In this document: in pieces, positions 10,701 through 21,676 of the stretch
How positions within the stretch are numbered: position 1 is the first letter of the stretch
How the letters are laid out: every line of letters begins with the position of its first letter
Sequence record: SRR22947727_1803
Strand: one strand, 5' to 3'
DNA: 45,453 nucleotides
Notes under the pieces: generated by a model
Database searches by the model: none
Told to the model about the DNA's origin: nothing
The model's input: the letters and a program-made list of their open reading frames with translations, nothing else
Translations under genes and position numbers: made by a program

Positions 10701-12380
10701 AGGTCCTATAAAAGTCATTAAAGACATGACTATATTTTCTCGAATAGGATCGATTGGTGGGTTAGTTACTTGTGCAAAAAGTTGTTTAAAGTAATTAAAA
10801 AGTAATTTTGGTCTATTTGATAAAACTGGCAATGCGGCATCATTTCCCATTGAGCCTGATGGCTCCATTCCTGCTTCAATCATGGGTTTAATAATAAAAT
10901 TAATATCTTCCTGTGAATAACCAAAGGCTTGCTGTGTATCCAAAACAGACTCTTTTAACGAAAAATTTTCAGATTTTAAAGTTAAATCCGATAGACTAAA
11001 CCTAGAATCATTAATTTTTTTCTTATATGGTTTTGCTGTTGATAGGAGCGTTTTTACCTCATCATCGTCTATAACTCTACCTTCTTGTAAGTCAATTAAA
11101 AGCATCTTTCCAGGTTCTAAACGCCATTTTTTTACAATCTTTTCTTCAGGAAATTTTAAAACACCCATCTCAGAAGCCATCATGACAACCCCATCATCCG
11201 TCATCAAATATCTCGCCGGCCTAAGTCCATTTCTATCTAATGTTGCGCCTATCATTTGTCCGTCAGTAAAAGCAACAGCTGCCGGGCCATCCCATGGTTC
11301 CATGGTAGTCGCGTGATATTCATAAAATGCTTTTCTATCATCATTCATTAATGGGTTATCAGACCACGCTTCAGGAACAAGCATCATCATGGCATGAGGT
11401 AAGCTATAACCGCCTGCTACAAGTAATTCTAGGCAATTGTCGAAACTTGCAGAATCTGATTGAGTTTCATCAATGAGTGGCCATAATTTTTTTAAGTCAT
11501 CCCCAAGAAGCATTGATTCCATTTTGCCCGCTCTTGCTTTAATCCAATTAATATTTCCTCTTACAGTATTAATTTCTCCGTTATGGGCAATCATTCTATA
11601 AGGGTGAGCTAGCTCCCAAGCAGGAAAGGTGTTAGTAGAAAACCTTTGGTGAACTAAAGCAATGGCTGAAGTTGATGTTTCATCAACGAGATCTGGGAAA
11701 AAATCTCCAACCTCATGCGCCAAAAGCATTCCTTTGTACACAATTGTTCTGGATGACATTGAAGATATATAAAAATTTGCAGGATCTTCTATAGTTAATT
11801 TACTTATTTCAATTTCAATTCTTTTTCTGATGACAAACAATTTTCTTTCGAAAGCTGCTTGATTAGTTAAGCTCTCGTTTCTACCGATAAATACTTGCTT
11901 AATTATTGGTTGGACATCTTTTGCCGCTTTTGCAATATCTTTATTATTAAAGGGAACATCACGCCAATTAAGAAAGCTTTGTTTTTCATCTTCGATGATT
12001 TCTCTAATTTTATTTTCGCATAACGCTTGATTTTTTTTACCTTGAGGAAAAAAACACATGCCCACAGCATATTTTCCTATTGGAGGGAGGTTTTGTCCTT
12101 TGCTTTCAAGTTCATTTCTAAAAAATATGTCAGGAATTTGAATTAAAATACCAGCACCATCTCCTAACTTGGGGTCATAGCCTGTCGCTCCTCTATGCGT
12201 TAAGTTAGTTAATAGCTCAAGGCCTTGAGAAACTATTTTATGACTTTTCTTTCCATGTATATTGGCTACGAACCCGACTCCACAGGAGTCGTGCTCATTC
12301 ATGGGATTATATAAGCCTTGTTTTTTTTGTTTGTGATGAAACTTCATGCTTACTAAATTTTTTTTAAAATTGGATGACAA
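7728..12380 (-). CDS. gltB: glutamate synthase large subunit (true start may be the ATG at 12347)
   Basis: [10 protein letters not shown]-terminal Cys, [35 protein letters not shown] 3Fe-4S motif, GXGXG domain. Confidence 0.98.
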   Translation of the reverse strand: MSSNFKKNLVSMKFHHKQKKQGLYNPMNEHDSCGVGFVANIHGKKSHKIVSQGLELLTNLTHRGATGYDPKLGDGAGILIQIPDIFFRNELESKGQNLPPIGKYAVGMCFFPQGKKNQALCENKIREIIEDEKQSFLNWRDVPFNNKDIAKAAKDVQPIIKQVFIGRNESLTNQAAFERKLFVIRKRIEIEISKLTIEDPANFYISSMSSRTIVYKGMLLAHEVGDFFPDLVDETSTSAIALVHQRFSTNTFPAWELAHPYRMIAHNGEINTVRGNINWIKARAGKMESMLLGDDLKKLWPLIDETQSDSASFDNCLELLVAGGYSLPHAMMMLVPEAWSDNPLMNDDRKAFYEYHATTMEPWDGPAAVAFTDGQMIGATLDRNGLRPARYLMTDDGVVMMASEMGVLKFPEEKIVKKWRLEPGKMLLIDLQEGRVIDDDEVKTLLSTAKPYKKKINDSRFSLSDLTLKSENFSLKESVLDTQQAFGYSQEDINFIIKPMIEAGMEPSGSMGNDAALPVLSNRPKLLFNYFKQLFAQVTNPPIDPIRENIVMSLMTFIGPKPNLFNQTDDYPAPRLEANQPILTINELDKLRSIDSLSDNKFKACTIDITFELKKEVSLEKLLENELDRICKLAKKSTDNYNIIILSDRNVSKNRMAVPALLACSATHQHLIKEGLRTHTGLVVDTGSAKEIHHFALLAGYGAEAICPWLAFKTIEGISDDLSTAQNNYIKAVGKGLFKVMSKMGISTYQSYCGAQIFEAVGLNQNFIDQYFYGTSTNIEGIGIKEIAEEISRIHQKAFGDDPVLINALDAGGEYAFRIRGEEHMWNPESIAKLQHATRSNEFETYKEYAKLINDQTKKHKTLRGLFSFKKNTAIKLSEVESAKEIVKRFATGAMSLGSISTEAHSTLAIAMNRIGGKSNTGEGGEDKKRVFPITKDSLISEHLGTDIIESDFKLKAGDSMRSRIKQVASGRFGVTAEYLSSADQIQIKMAQGAKPGEGGQLPGHKVSTYIAKLRFSVPGVGLISPPPHHDIYSIEDLAQLIHDLKNANPNASISVKLVSETGVGTVAAGVAKAKSDHIVIAGHDGGTGASPISSIKHAGTPWEIGLAETQQTLVLNQLRGRIVLQVDGQMKTGRDVVIGAMLGADEFGFATAPLVVEGCIMMRKCHLNTCPVGIATQDPILRKRFAGQPEHVVNFFFFVAEEIREIMASLGIKKFNDLVGRSDLLDTKKGIDHWKIQGLDFSKIFYQPDMGKEVSRYNTETQYHALDKALDIELIRRSTNTIKSKEPCEFSIPISNTNRTVGTLLSHEIAKQYGNDGLPDDSIKINLEGTAGQSFGAFLAKGITLNLHGEGNDYVAKGICGGKIIIQPPHNFKGIDDKNIIVGNTVMYGATSGETYFRGIAGERFCVRNSGASAVVEGVGNHGCEYMTGGTVVVLGQTGQNFAAGMSGGVAYIYDPMGQFNLKCNQTMVALERIQRENEQSSGPRHLDKADETILKSLVEKHLKYTDSKIAKKIIEHWEQELVNFTKVMPNEYKRALNEMYNASKKEAA

Positions 12381-12432
12381 TATTATCGCTTTTTCCTTGC
12401 TAATTCAATGTTCTAGACGAAGATTTCTATAT

Positions 12433-13713
12433 TTATTTTAGCTTTTTGAAACTAGTCATAGCAGCTTGAATAGTTTGATTTATATCATCATCAGTATGGG
12501 CAGAAGAAACAAACCCTGCTTCAAAAGCTGATGGACCAAAATATATTCCTTGTTCAAGCATTAAATGAAAAAATTTATTAAATTTTTCCCTATCTGAAAG
12601 CATGACATCGTCAAAGGATTCAGGAGGCTGTGAGCTAAAATAAAATCCAAACATACCCCCAACACTTTGAGCAGAAAATTCTATATTACTTGCCTTTGCC
12701 GCATCAATCAGACCATCAACCAATGATTTTGTAGTTCTAGATAAATTTTCAAAAAAATTGGGCTGCTGAATTAACTCTAAAGTTTTCATACCTGCAGAAA
12801 CTGCAACCGGGTTTCCTGATAATGTGCCTGCTTGATAAACTGGACCTAGTGGCGCTAGCTGTTGCATTATTTCTTTTCTACCTCCAAATGCACCAACAGG
12901 TAACCCACCACCAATTACTTTACCAAGTGTTGTCATATCTGGAATTACATCATATAAAGATTGTGCCCCACCTAATGCTACCCTAAATCCTGTCATGACC
13001 TCATCAAAAATTAAAACTACGTCATATTCAGTGCATAGCTCCCTTAATCTTTTTAAGAATTCTTTTTTTGGGACAATTAAGTTCATGTTTCCAACAACCG
13101 GCTCGATAATTACACAAGCTAATGCTTGACCCATATTTTCAAAGCATTCTTCAAGCGCCTGAACATTATTATATTCCAAAGTATGTGTATGTTTAGCGGT
13201 ATCAGAAGGAACGCCTGCTGAACTTGGTTGGCCAAAAGTTAAAGCACCAGACCCAGCTTTCACTAATAAAGAATCTGCGTGACCATGATAACAACCCTCA
13301 AATTTTAAAATTTCATCCCTCTTGGTAAAACCTCTCGCAACACGAATTGCACTCATTGTTGCCTCCGTCCCACTGCTTACCAATCTAACTTGTTCTATGC
13401 TGGGAACTAATTTAACAATTAGCTCAGCCATAGAAAGTTCTCTAGATGTTGGTGCACCAAATGAGAGAGAGTAATCTGCTGTACTTTTTACTGATTGAAT
13501 AATTTCTGGATGTGCATGCCCTAAAATCATAGGCCCCCATGAATTTATGTAATCAATATACTCTTTATCATTTTCATCAATAAGCCGACTACCTTTACCC
13601 CTCTTAAAAAATATAGGAGTGCCGCCAACCGATCCAAAGGCCCTTACAGGAGAGTTAACCCCTCCAGGAATAAAGTCTTCTGATTTTTCAAAAAGTATTT
13701 TATTTTTGTTCAT
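12433..13713 (-). CDS. hemL: glutamate-1-semialdehyde 2,1-aminomutase
   Basis: [59 protein letters not shown] at 13713 preferred over TTG at 13719. Confidence 0.98.
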   Translation of the reverse strand: MNKNKILFEKSEDFIPGGVNSPVRAFGSVGGTPIFFKRGKGSRLIDENDKEYIDYINSWGPMILGHAHPEIIQSVKSTADYSLSFGAPTSRELSMAELIVKLVPSIEQVRLVSSGTEATMSAIRVARGFTKRDEILKFEGCYHGHADSLLVKAGSGALTFGQPSSAGVPSDTAKHTHTLEYNNVQALEECFENMGQALACVIIEPVVGNMNLIVPKKEFLKRLRELCTEYDVVLIFDEVMTGFRVALGGAQSLYDVIPDMTTLGKVIGGGLPVGAFGGRKEIMQQLAPLGPVYQAGTLSGNPVAVSAGMKTLELIQQPNFFENLSRTTKSLVDGLIDAAKASNIEFSAQSVGGMFGFYFSSQPPESFDDVMLSDREKFNKFFHLMLEQGIYFGPSAFEAGFVSSAHTDDDINQTIQAAMTSFKKLK

Positions 13714-13723
13714 TTTCAAATAT

Positions 13724-14368
13724 TTATCTAATTTTTAATTTAAATTGTTTAACTGTGGAGGTTATGTCAACAGAAGAAAAAATACTATTTATTAAAGCAA
13801 AACAATACATGCCATTATCTTTTAATAAATTTATGTTATCCATAGTTATGCCCCCAATTGCTAACATAGGAACATCATATTTTTTAACCGCCATCTTAAG
13901 TATCTGCATTGAAACGATTGGAGCATTAGGTTTCGTTTTAGTTGCAAAGCAAGCACCCAATGCAACATAATCTACATCATTTTTAATTGCCATTTCGACT
14001 CTCTTTAAATCATTATAACAGGACAATCCAATACACTTATCGGGTCCAAGTGTACTACGTGCATTTTGTATACTTTCGTCATCTTTTCCTAAATGTACTC
14101 CAAAAGCGTCTAAATGTTCGCAAATATCAATATCATCATTTATAATTAATGGTATTTTATGATCATCTGTAATTTGTTTTATCTCTTTTGCTTGTTCAAA
14201 CCTTTTTTTCCAGGAGAGAGTCTTTGAGCGATACTGTAAAACATTGACCCCCCCTTCACAGCAAGCTTTAACCTGTTTTAGGAGTAATTCAGAATTTATC
14301 TGGTCTGGCGTAATTGCATAGATACCCTTAATGACGGGTTGGATTATCGCTGTTTTCATCTTCTTCAT
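13724..14368 (-). CDS. thiE: thiamine-phosphate synthase
   Basis: GIYAITP, LQYRSK, LIINDD, GVHLG, SCYN, TKTKP, AIGGI; exact start uncertain (overlaps thiD). Confidence 0.93.
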   Translation of the reverse strand: MKKMKTAIIQPVIKGIYAITPDQINSELLLKQVKACCEGGVNVLQYRSKTLSWKKRFEQAKEIKQITDDHKIPLIINDDIDICEHLDAFGVHLGKDDESIQNARSTLGPDKCIGLSCYNDLKRVEMAIKNDVDYVALGACFATKTKPNAPIVSMQILKMAVKKYDVPMLAIGGITMDNINLLKDNGMYCFALINSIFSSVDITSTVKQFKLKIR

Positions 14369-15188
14369 ATGAACTATTATTGAATATCCAGTGGAATCTA
14401 TCTGGAATTAATTGACCTTCTCCAATATTAAAAGCATTTTTTAGCGCAAGGGAAGTAAACGATACAGCTTCGAACACAGCCTCTCTTAATGAATAGCCTT
14501 GAGCATAAAATCCTGCAACTGCGGATGCCAACGTACAACCTGATCCATGATACTCGTCAAAAAACCGTTCTGTTTTAAATGGCACAATCTCACCATTTTT
14601 CAAATAGAGAGTATTAATAATATCTTTTGACTGTTCATGCCCGCCCGTAATCAGTATATTTTTGCAGCCCAAGTTAAATAATCTACCAACCGTATCCTTC
14701 ATTGAAAAATCATCAATACTTTCATTTTCTTGACATACAAACTTTCTCGCTTCAATACTATTTGGTGTAATTAAAAATGCTTTGGGAAATAACAATCGAA
14801 TCATCTCTTCCTTCATTTCATCATTCATCAAAATATCCCCTCGGCCCGATGAAATTATGGGATCGATTACAACTGGAGTATTCGGATAACTATTAAGAAT
14901 ATCTGCCACCGCTCTAATGTTTTCAAGGCTGCCTAATAATCCTAACTTAAAAACCGAAACACTTACATCATTTAGAACTGTTATGGCTTGTTCTTTAATT
15001 TGTTTAGAATCTAGGGGCATAAGTGACTCAACACCCTTTGTGTCTTGAACACTGATCGCTGTAGCTATAGATATAGGGTGGCAATACATACTTGCTAATG
15101 TAAGAACATCTGCCTGTAGTCCTGCCCCACCGGTTGGATCAGTTGCTGAAAACGTCATTACTTTTGGTGGCGATAACAAATTTCTCAT
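14328..15188 (-). CDS. thiD: hydroxymethylpyrimidine/phosphomethylpyrimidine kinase
   Basis: DPTGGAGLQAD, VQDT, ITPN..EA, ITGGH, YHGSGCTLASA; thiD-thiE-hemL synteny. Confidence 0.9.
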   Translation of the reverse strand: MRNLLSPPKVMTFSATDPTGGAGLQADVLTLASMYCHPISIATAISVQDTKGVESLMPLDSKQIKEQAITVLNDVSVSVFKLGLLGSLENIRAVADILNSYPNTPVVIDPIISSGRGDILMNDEMKEEMIRLLFPKAFLITPNSIEARKFVCQENESIDDFSMKDTVGRLFNLGCKNILITGGHEQSKDIINTLYLKNGEIVPFKTERFFDEYHGSGCTLASAVAGFYAQGYSLREAVFEAVSFTSLALKNAFNIGEGQLIPDRFHWIFNNSSYEEDENSDNPTRH

Positions 15189-15191
15189 TAT

Positions 15192-17402
15192 TTAAAATTC
15201 CATTGGGTCAACATCTAATGCCCATTTTACTCGATTCACATGAGGATGTTGTCTGATTTGTGAAACCCAAGGTTTTAAAGCTGCGTGTAATTCATTTCGA
15301 GAAAGTGCTTTAATAAATAAATGGTACCGCTCGAAGCCTTTGAGCTTTTCTATGGAAGGCCTTGCTGGACCCAGAACTTCTACTTTATCTAATGAAGATT
15401 CTTTAATCCAAGCTGAAATATCAAATATAAATTTTTTAGCAGTCTCTAGATTCTTTGATTGCACAAGCATCACAGCATTAAAACTAAAAGGGGTAAGCCC
15501 CATACTTTTTCTCTCTTTAATTAATTGATTGCTAAATAAATCAAAATCATGCGCTTTTAAAGATTCAAATAAATCATGATTTGGAAAAACAGTTTGTATT
15601 AAGACCTCGCCCTTAATTTTTCCTCTTCCTGCTCTCCCTGAAACTTGCAGAAGTTGAGAAAATAACCTTTCACTTGCTCTAAAATCAGGACTGTAAAGAG
15701 CATTGTCAGCATCTAGTACGACAACTAAAGATACATAGGGAAAATCATGTCCTTTTGATAACATTTGTGTACCAACGACAATATCAATTTCCCTGTTATT
15801 CATGCTTGTATACAAATTTTCTATTGCTTTTTTTGAATGAGTTGTGTCACGATCAACTCTAACAATTTTAGCGGTAGGAAAATGATAATTCAAAATATCT
15901 TCTACTTTTTGTGTTCCTGTCCCTAAAGGGAATAAATCGGTGTTACCGCAATCAAAACATGAATTATTTACTTTTTCTTCATGCCCACAATGGTGACATT
16001 TAAGTCGTTTTTTTTGAAGATGAACGACCAATCTTGTGGAGCATCTTTTGCATTCAGCAACCCAACCACAAGAAGAACAAATCAGAACAGGTGAATAACC
16101 TCTGCGATTTACAAAAATAATTGTTTGTTCTTTTTTATGTATTCTTTTTTCGATTTCATCTATTACTTGTTTAGAAATTTGAAGTTTTGTTTTCTCGTTC
16201 ACTTGAATAGTTTTGATAATTGGCAGTCTTGAATCATCAACGGCTCTTTTATTTAACTTAAAATATTGAAAATTTTGCTGAGCATTAATTGCCTTGTACC
16301 AAATTTCTAAGGAAGGGGTTGCAGACCCCATCACAATTGGTATATTTGAATTTTTTGCTCTAATCATTGCCACATCTCTTGCATGATATTTCAAGCCTTC
16401 GCTTTGTTTGAAGGAAGCATCATGTTCTTCATCAATGATAATCATTTTTAAATTAGGCATTGGGGTAAACACAGCAAGCCGAGTACCTATTACAATATCC
16501 GCTTTCCCAGCCTTCGCCTCTCTCCAGTTGTCGAGTCTATCGAGATTTGATAAATAACTATGAAGGATTACAATTTTTTTATCATAAAACCGGTCTTGGA
16601 ATCTTGCCTCTAATTGCGGTGTTAAGTTAATTTCTGGGATGAGCATTAAAACCTGGCTAGGCTTATCTAATAACAGCTTTGTTATTAGATTTATATAAAT
16701 TTCTGTTTTTCCACTTGCTGTTACTCCATGAATTAACCAAGGCTTAAATGTTTTGCATTGATTAATACAATCAATTACATTTTTTTGATCTTCATTTAAT
16801 GTTGGTTTGATACTTTTAGCATTTATGGTTTTTGGAATATAAACTTCGGAGGATATCAGACCTAACTGCTCAAGTTTTTTTATACATTCAGCTGAATTTG
16901 ACGCAAGTTTTTTTAAATCCCTCTGCCTTAAATTTTCCTCCAAAATTGCATTAGCGATATTTTTTAAGCGAAGCTGTCTTTTGGGAAAATTTTCAATTAT
17001 CTCTTTTGTCAGTTTTTTATTTGCCTTAAATAATAATTCTTTCTTTCGTGATGAAGGTGAATTCTTCTTTATTCTGCTGGGAACAACAGACATTATGGTT
17101 TGACCGATGGGATGGTGGTAGTAGTCAGAAACAAAATTCAAAAGCTTAAGCATGAGTGTATCAAAAATAACTTCAGAATCTATATCGATAATAGTTTTTA
17201 ATTTATTGGACTCAATCTGGGTTTTATTTGAAATTTCACAACAAATGCCTATTAGGCTTCTATTGCCAAAAGCCACTTTGACATATTGACCAATCTTTAT
17301 TTTTGAATCATTAGATATGTAATCAAATAATTTATTAACTGGAACATCTAACGCAACCTTTAATATTTTTTGATCTTTATTCAATTCAACAAATTTCCTC
17401 AA
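15192..17402 (-). CDS. priA: primosomal protein N'
   Basis: GVTASGKTE Walker A, DEEHD, SATPS, four CxxC pairs, GTQMLSKGHDFP, QVSGRAGR, DVDP end. Confidence 0.98.
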   Translation of the reverse strand: MRKFVELNKDQKILKVALDVPVNKLFDYISNDSKIKIGQYVKVAFGNRSLIGICCEISNKTQIESNKLKTIIDIDSEVIFDTLMLKLLNFVSDYYHHPIGQTIMSVVPSRIKKNSPSSRKKELLFKANKKLTKEIIENFPKRQLRLKNIANAILEENLRQRDLKKLASNSAECIKKLEQLGLISSEVYIPKTINAKSIKPTLNEDQKNVIDCINQCKTFKPWLIHGVTASGKTEIYINLITKLLLDKPSQVLMLIPEINLTPQLEARFQDRFYDKKIVILHSYLSNLDRLDNWREAKAGKADIVIGTRLAVFTPMPNLKMIIIDEEHDASFKQSEGLKYHARDVAMIRAKNSNIPIVMGSATPSLEIWYKAINAQQNFQYFKLNKRAVDDSRLPIIKTIQVNEKTKLQISKQVIDEIEKRIHKKEQTIIFVNRRGYSPVLICSSCGWVAECKRCSTRLVVHLQKKRLKCHHCGHEEKVNNSCFDCGNTDLFPLGTGTQKVEDILNYHFPTAKIVRVDRDTTHSKKAIENLYTSMNNREIDIVVGTQMLSKGHDFPYVSLVVVLDADNALYSPDFRASERLFSQLLQVSGRAGRGKIKGEVLIQTVFPNHDLFESLKAHDFDLFSNQLIKERKSMGLTPFSFNAVMLVQSKNLETAKKFIFDISAWIKESSLDKVEVLGPARPSIEKLKGFERYHLFIKALSRNELHAALKPWVSQIRQHPHVNRVKWALDVDPMEF

Positions 17403-17458
17403 TCAGACAACCTTAGATAGGGTAAAATATTTATATATATATAACCTATTGTAACCTC

Positions 17459-19117
17459 GTGAAAGATTATCTAACCAATTTACTTGATAACGCCATCAAC
17501 GAACTAGTTGATAATTTTGATAAAAAAATAATTCAAATTAGCAGGCCAAAACAAATACAACATGGAGATTTTTCCTCAAATGCCAGCCTTCCTTTGGCAA
17601 AAATACTCAAAAAATCGCCACTCGATATAGCTGACCAAATTGTTAAATTAATGCCAACATCTTCATTAATCGACAAAATTGAAGTTGCAGGTGCTGGATA
17701 TATAAACTTTTTTTTAAGTTCAAAAGCACGAATGCAAATCATTAATGCAATTTTAAAAGAAAAGCAAAACTTTGGTAAAAGTACTTTTGGTCAAAATCAA
17801 AAAATTCAAGTTGAGTTTGTATCTGCTAATCCAACAGGACCACTTCATGTAGGTCACGGTAGAGGTGCAGCAATTGGTGATTCTATCGCCCGACTTTTAA
17901 GCGCTACAGGTTGGAATGTCACAAAAGAATTTTATTATAATGATGCAGGATCACAAATTAACTCTCTTGCTTTATCTGTTCAAGCTAGAGCTAAAAAAAT
18001 TTCACCTACCAATAAAAGTTTTCCTAAAGATGGTTATCAAGGAGAATATATCAACGATATAGCTGATGCTTTTTTAAGCAAAAAAGAATTCAACTTTAAA
18101 GAAATGCAAATTAAGCCGTCAGGAAATATTGAAGATTTTAGCGATATAACAAAATTTAGTATTGCTTATCTCAGAAATGAACAAGATCTTGATCTTGAGT
18201 CTTTCAATGTTACTTTTGATGTTTTCAGTCTTGAATCATCTTTTTATCAAAGTGGAAAAGTTGAAGAAATTATTAAATTGTTAAATAAAAATGGCCACAC
18301 TTATGAGAAGGATAACGCCTTATGGCTTAAAACAACTTTATATGGTGATGATAAAGATAGAGTGATGAGAAAAACTGACGGTGAGTATACTTATTTTGTT
18401 CCCGATATTGCTTATCATCTTAATAAATGGGAAAGAGGATTTAAACGCGTTATTAATGAACAAGGTGCCGATCACCACAGTACTATAAATCGAGTAAGGG
18501 GTGGTCTTCAAGCTTTAGAAAAAAATATCCCGCCTGAATGGCCAGAATATGTTCTTCATCAAATGATAACTGTTATGAAAAATAAAAAAGAAGTTAAAAT
18601 TTCAAAAAGGGCTGGGAGCTATGTAACCTTAAGAGATCTTATTGATGAGGTAGGTTGTGATGCAACACGATATTTTTTAACTGCGCGAAGAGCAGATTCT
18701 CAGCTTATCTTTGATATTGATCTAGCAAAAGCTAAAAATAATGAAAATCCTGTTTATTATATACAGTATGCTCATGCAAGAATTTCAAGAGTACTTGAAC
18801 AATGGGGCGGTAAAAAAGAAAACCTTAAAGCAAAAAATGGTGATGACATTAAAAATTTAAATGAATTAAGGTTAATAAAAAGTATTAGTGAGTTTCCCGA
18901 AGTCGTTAATCAAGCTGCTAAAGAATTAGCCCCCCATCAAATTGCTAGCTACCTAAAAGGTTGTGCTGCTGAATTTCATAGCTATTATAATGATACGAAA
19001 TTTCTTATTGACGAAAAAAATATTATGGAGAATAGGCTTGCTCTTATCCAAGCAACTCAATATGTATTGTCAAATGGTTTAAACTTACTTGGGGTAAGTG
19101 CCCCTCACAAAATGTAA
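17459..19117 (+). CDS. argS: arginyl-tRNA synthetase
   Basis: HGDFSSN, EFVSANPTGPLHVGHGRGA (HIGH), KISKRAG, YYIQYAHAR, GVSAP end; GTG start. Confidence 0.98.
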   Translation: MKDYLTNLLDNAINELVDNFDKKIIQISRPKQIQHGDFSSNASLPLAKILKKSPLDIADQIVKLMPTSSLIDKIEVAGAGYINFFLSSKARMQIINAILKEKQNFGKSTFGQNQKIQVEFVSANPTGPLHVGHGRGAAIGDSIARLLSATGWNVTKEFYYNDAGSQINSLALSVQARAKKISPTNKSFPKDGYQGEYINDIADAFLSKKEFNFKEMQIKPSGNIEDFSDITKFSIAYLRNEQDLDLESFNVTFDVFSLESSFYQSGKVEEIIKLLNKNGHTYEKDNALWLKTTLYGDDKDRVMRKTDGEYTYFVPDIAYHLNKWERGFKRVINEQGADHHSTINRVRGGLQALEKNIPPEWPEYVLHQMITVMKNKKEVKISKRAGSYVTLRDLIDEVGCDATRYFLTARRADSQLIFDIDLAKAKNNENPVYYIQYAHARISRVLEQWGGKKENLKAKNGDDIKNLNELRLIKSISEFPEVVNQAAKELAPHQIASYLKGCAAEFHSYYNDTKFLIDEKNIMENRLALIQATQYVLSNGLNLLGVSAPHKM

Positions 19118-19127
19118 AGGATTGATT

Positions 19128-19664
19128 ATGTATGACAACCATGAATCTCCATCACGAAAAAAAATCAAAGGCACTCCCTTTGCAAATGGGTTATTTTTTG
19201 GTCTCTTCCTCGGAATTGTTGTTGCTATCATTATTACACTTCTTGTCACAAGCGGTAAAAGCCCTTTCATTTCAAAAAAAACAGACGGGTCATGTATTGA
19301 AGTTAATTCCGCTTTAGGTGATGAAGATGAAATTAACATCGATGAAGATACAAATATTGCGGCTTATTCAGATATTTCTGAGGAAGAACAAAAGCTCATC
19401 CCAGACAACAATAGAAACGTACTTTACTACATCCAAGTAGGTGCCTTTTCAGAAAAAAAAGCAGCCATTAATCTTAAGGCACGTCTAGCACTTATGGGTT
19501 ACGAATCTGTTGTAATGACTGCTGAGATTGGGCTAAATACTTTTCATAGAGTAAGTGTGGGTCCATACAAAAATTATGATGAAGCAAAAAATAGTAGAGA
19601 GAAACTTTTTCTAGAAGGATTTAAAGCGAACTTAATTAAATTAACTACACCTAAAGAAGAATAG
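19128..19664 (+). CDS. SPOR-domain cell division protein (FtsN-like)
   Basis: ATG at 19128 after AAGGA; N-terminal TM helix, acidic linker, YIQVGAFS...LKARLALMG...HRVSVGPY; argS-SPOR-dsbA synteny. Confidence 0.85.
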   Translation: MYDNHESPSRKKIKGTPFANGLFFGLFLGIVVAIIITLLVTSGKSPFISKKTDGSCIEVNSALGDEDEINIDEDTNIAAYSDISEEEQKLIPDNNRNVLYYIQVGAFSEKKAAINLKARLALMGYESVVMTAEIGLNTFHRVSVGPYKNYDEAKNSREKLFLEGFKANLIKLTTPKEE

Positions 19665-19683
19665 ACATGGAGAAACATAAGCA

Positions 19684-20319
19684 ATGAGAAAATTTATTTT
19701 ATTACTAACGTTATTTTTTTCAACTGTTGTTTTTGCCGTAGAGCCAAAATTTAACGTTAATTTTAAACAAACAAAAAAAGAGATTGAGTCGTCATCTCCT
19801 GGAAAAATAGAAGTTCTCGAGCTTTTTTGGTACGGATGTATTCATTGTTATTCAATGGATCCTTACCTAGAAAAATGGGCTGACAAACTGCCTGAATATG
19901 TAGTCTTTAAAAGGATTCCTGCTATTCCAAGGAAGAGTTGGGTGCCAGGTGCAAAAGCATATTTCGCATTAGAGACACTTGATTTAGAAGGAATACTTCA
20001 CGAGAAGTTATTTGATGCAATTCACAAAGATAAAGATCTCGATCCTAATGATGAAAAAGCACTAATTAATTGGATTACACTAAACGGTAAGCTTGATAAA
20101 AAAGAAGTTAAATCTGCCTTTAATAGTTTTTCAATTGATACAAAATTAAAAAAATCTTACAAAATTTTCAAAGATGCTGGCGCTACTGGAGTACCTACAA
20201 TTGTCATAGATGGTAATTACATGACGTCAAGTACAATGGCTGGTGGTGAGCAAAATGCTATTGATATTACAAATTACATTATAGAAAACATTAGAAACGA
20301 TCAAAAAAAACCACAATAA
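19684..20319 (+). CDS. dsbA: thiol:disulfide interchange protein DsbA
   Basis: Signal peptide, EVLELFWYGCIHCY, GVPT cis-Pro loop. Confidence 0.92.
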   Translation: MRKFILLLTLFFSTVVFAVEPKFNVNFKQTKKEIESSSPGKIEVLELFWYGCIHCYSMDPYLEKWADKLPEYVVFKRIPAIPRKSWVPGAKAYFALETLDLEGILHEKLFDAIHKDKDLDPNDEKALINWITLNGKLDKKEVKSAFNSFSIDTKLKKSYKIFKDAGATGVPTIVIDGNYMTSSTMAGGEQNAIDITNYIIENIRNDQKKPQ

Positions 20320-20395
20320 TTTGAAATTTATAGATTTTTTACTCGCTCACTCGGCAGATTTAAATTAAAATACCTCCTTTAGTTAGGCTACAAAG

Positions 20396-21448
20396 ATGAT
20401 ACAACACCGAACTCCTGCAAATATAAGTGATCATGTTGCTCTGATTATCACCAAAATTCTTCGTTTTTTTGCAGATACCTTTTTTGCTAAACGTTATGGT
20501 CATCGGGCTGTTGTTTTAGAAACCGTCGCCGCTGTTCCTGGAATGGTCGGGGGAATGTGGATTCATCTCACTTGTTTAAGAAAAATGGAAAGTGATCGAG
20601 GTTGGATTAAAATTCTTTTAGATGAAGCAGAAAATGAAAGAATGCATTTAATGACTTTTATTGAAATCGCTCAACCCACATGGTATGAACGTCTTTTCAT
20701 TTTGGCTGCACAAGCAATTTTTTGGAATTTCTATTTTTTATTGTATGTTTTTTTTCCCAAAACCGCGCATAGATTGGTTGGTTACTTCGAAGATGAAGCG
20801 GTGATAAGTTACACTGCCTATTATGATCAAGTATCATCAAATCCATCTCTTAATATTGATGCGCCACAAATTGCAAAAGATTATTGGAATTTAGCTGAGG
20901 ATTCAAAATTACTTGATGTTATCAGGGTAGTGAGAGATGATGAACAAAATCACTCTGAAGTGAATCACGGTCGTGCTGATTCCCTAAATAATAGTGGTGA
21001 CAAAAAAACTCCAAAACAAGAGCCTAATATTAGTCAAATAAATGCTTCGGATTTAGAGTCATATAAAAATGCTAATTATCATATTTATGATAAACCTCCA
21101 TTTATTTTAAAAATAGGGACTGAAGAGAAAATTTTTGCTAAATTATTTGAAAAAAATGATGTGAAAGAGGCAGCCATTTTAACGGCATATAATCCAAAAA
21201 GTGTTGAAACAGACATCTCTATCAATAAAGAGCAAAATCTGGAATTAGAAAAAAAGTTAGTATCTGAAAACTTTTCTTTTATACCTGCTGAAGGTGTTTG
21301 TCTAAATAATAAATGGCCAGGAGAAAAAAGTTTTTTAGTGTTTGGAATGTCGCTGGCTTCTGCCAAAGATTATGGCCATCAGTTTAATCAAAACGCCATC
21401 GTTTGGGTTGATGGAACAAAAATTCCTCAATTGATTTTGTTAAGGTAA
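20396..21448 (+). CDS. aox: alternative oxidase (ubiquinol oxidase, diiron carboxylate) fused to a C-terminal DUF3293-like domain
   Basis: Residues ~1-197: LETVAAVPGMV, EAENERMHL, HRLVGYFEDEAVISY, RDDEQNH..VNH. Residues ~215-350: YKNANY, FILKIG, LTAYNPKS, WPGEKSFLV, FNQNAIVW. Confidence 0.9.
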   Translation: MIQHRTPANISDHVALIITKILRFFADTFFAKRYGHRAVVLETVAAVPGMVGGMWIHLTCLRKMESDRGWIKILLDEAENERMHLMTFIEIAQPTWYERLFILAAQAIFWNFYFLLYVFFPKTAHRLVGYFEDEAVISYTAYYDQVSSNPSLNIDAPQIAKDYWNLAEDSKLLDVIRVVRDDEQNHSEVNHGRADSLNNSGDKKTPKQEPNISQINASDLESYKNANYHIYDKPPFILKIGTEEKIFAKLFEKNDVKEAAILTAYNPKSVETDISINKEQNLELEKKLVSENFSFIPAEGVCLNNKWPGEKSFLVFGMSLASAKDYGHQFNQNAIVWVDGTKIPQLILLR

Positions 21449-21451
21449 ATT

Positions 21452-21676
21452 ATGGATTTTCGTAAAATATTTTTAAATTTTTTCACAGTTCTCAATACCG
21501 TTTATTTAGGACTTGTTATTTACATAGAATTTTTTATGGAAAATTTAAACAAAGAACCTTATGAAATTTATTACGATTTATGGATGTATGTTTTTGTAGG
21601 GTATTGTGCGATATTAATCTTCAATTACGCCATGTTTGGCAAAGTAACTTTGTGGAACTTTAATTCAAAAAAATAA
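21452..21676 (+). CDS. hypothetical small membrane protein with two TM helices
   Basis: ATG 3 nt after the aox stop; two hydrophobic segments; ends FGKVTLWNF. Confidence 0.7.
   Translation: MDFRKIFLNFFTVLNTVYLGLVIYIEFFMENLNKEPYEIYYDLWMYVFVGYCAILIFNYAMFGKVTLWNFNSKK

Noticed and set aside
17403-17458. (AT)n tract flanked by ATAGG/CCTAT in the divergent priA-argS spacer
   Set aside because: Short and low in complexity; consistent with overlapping AT-rich promoters, with no evidence of phase variation.
19684-20319. DsbA active site CIHC instead of CPHC
   Set aside because: CXHC variation is within the normal range for the family.
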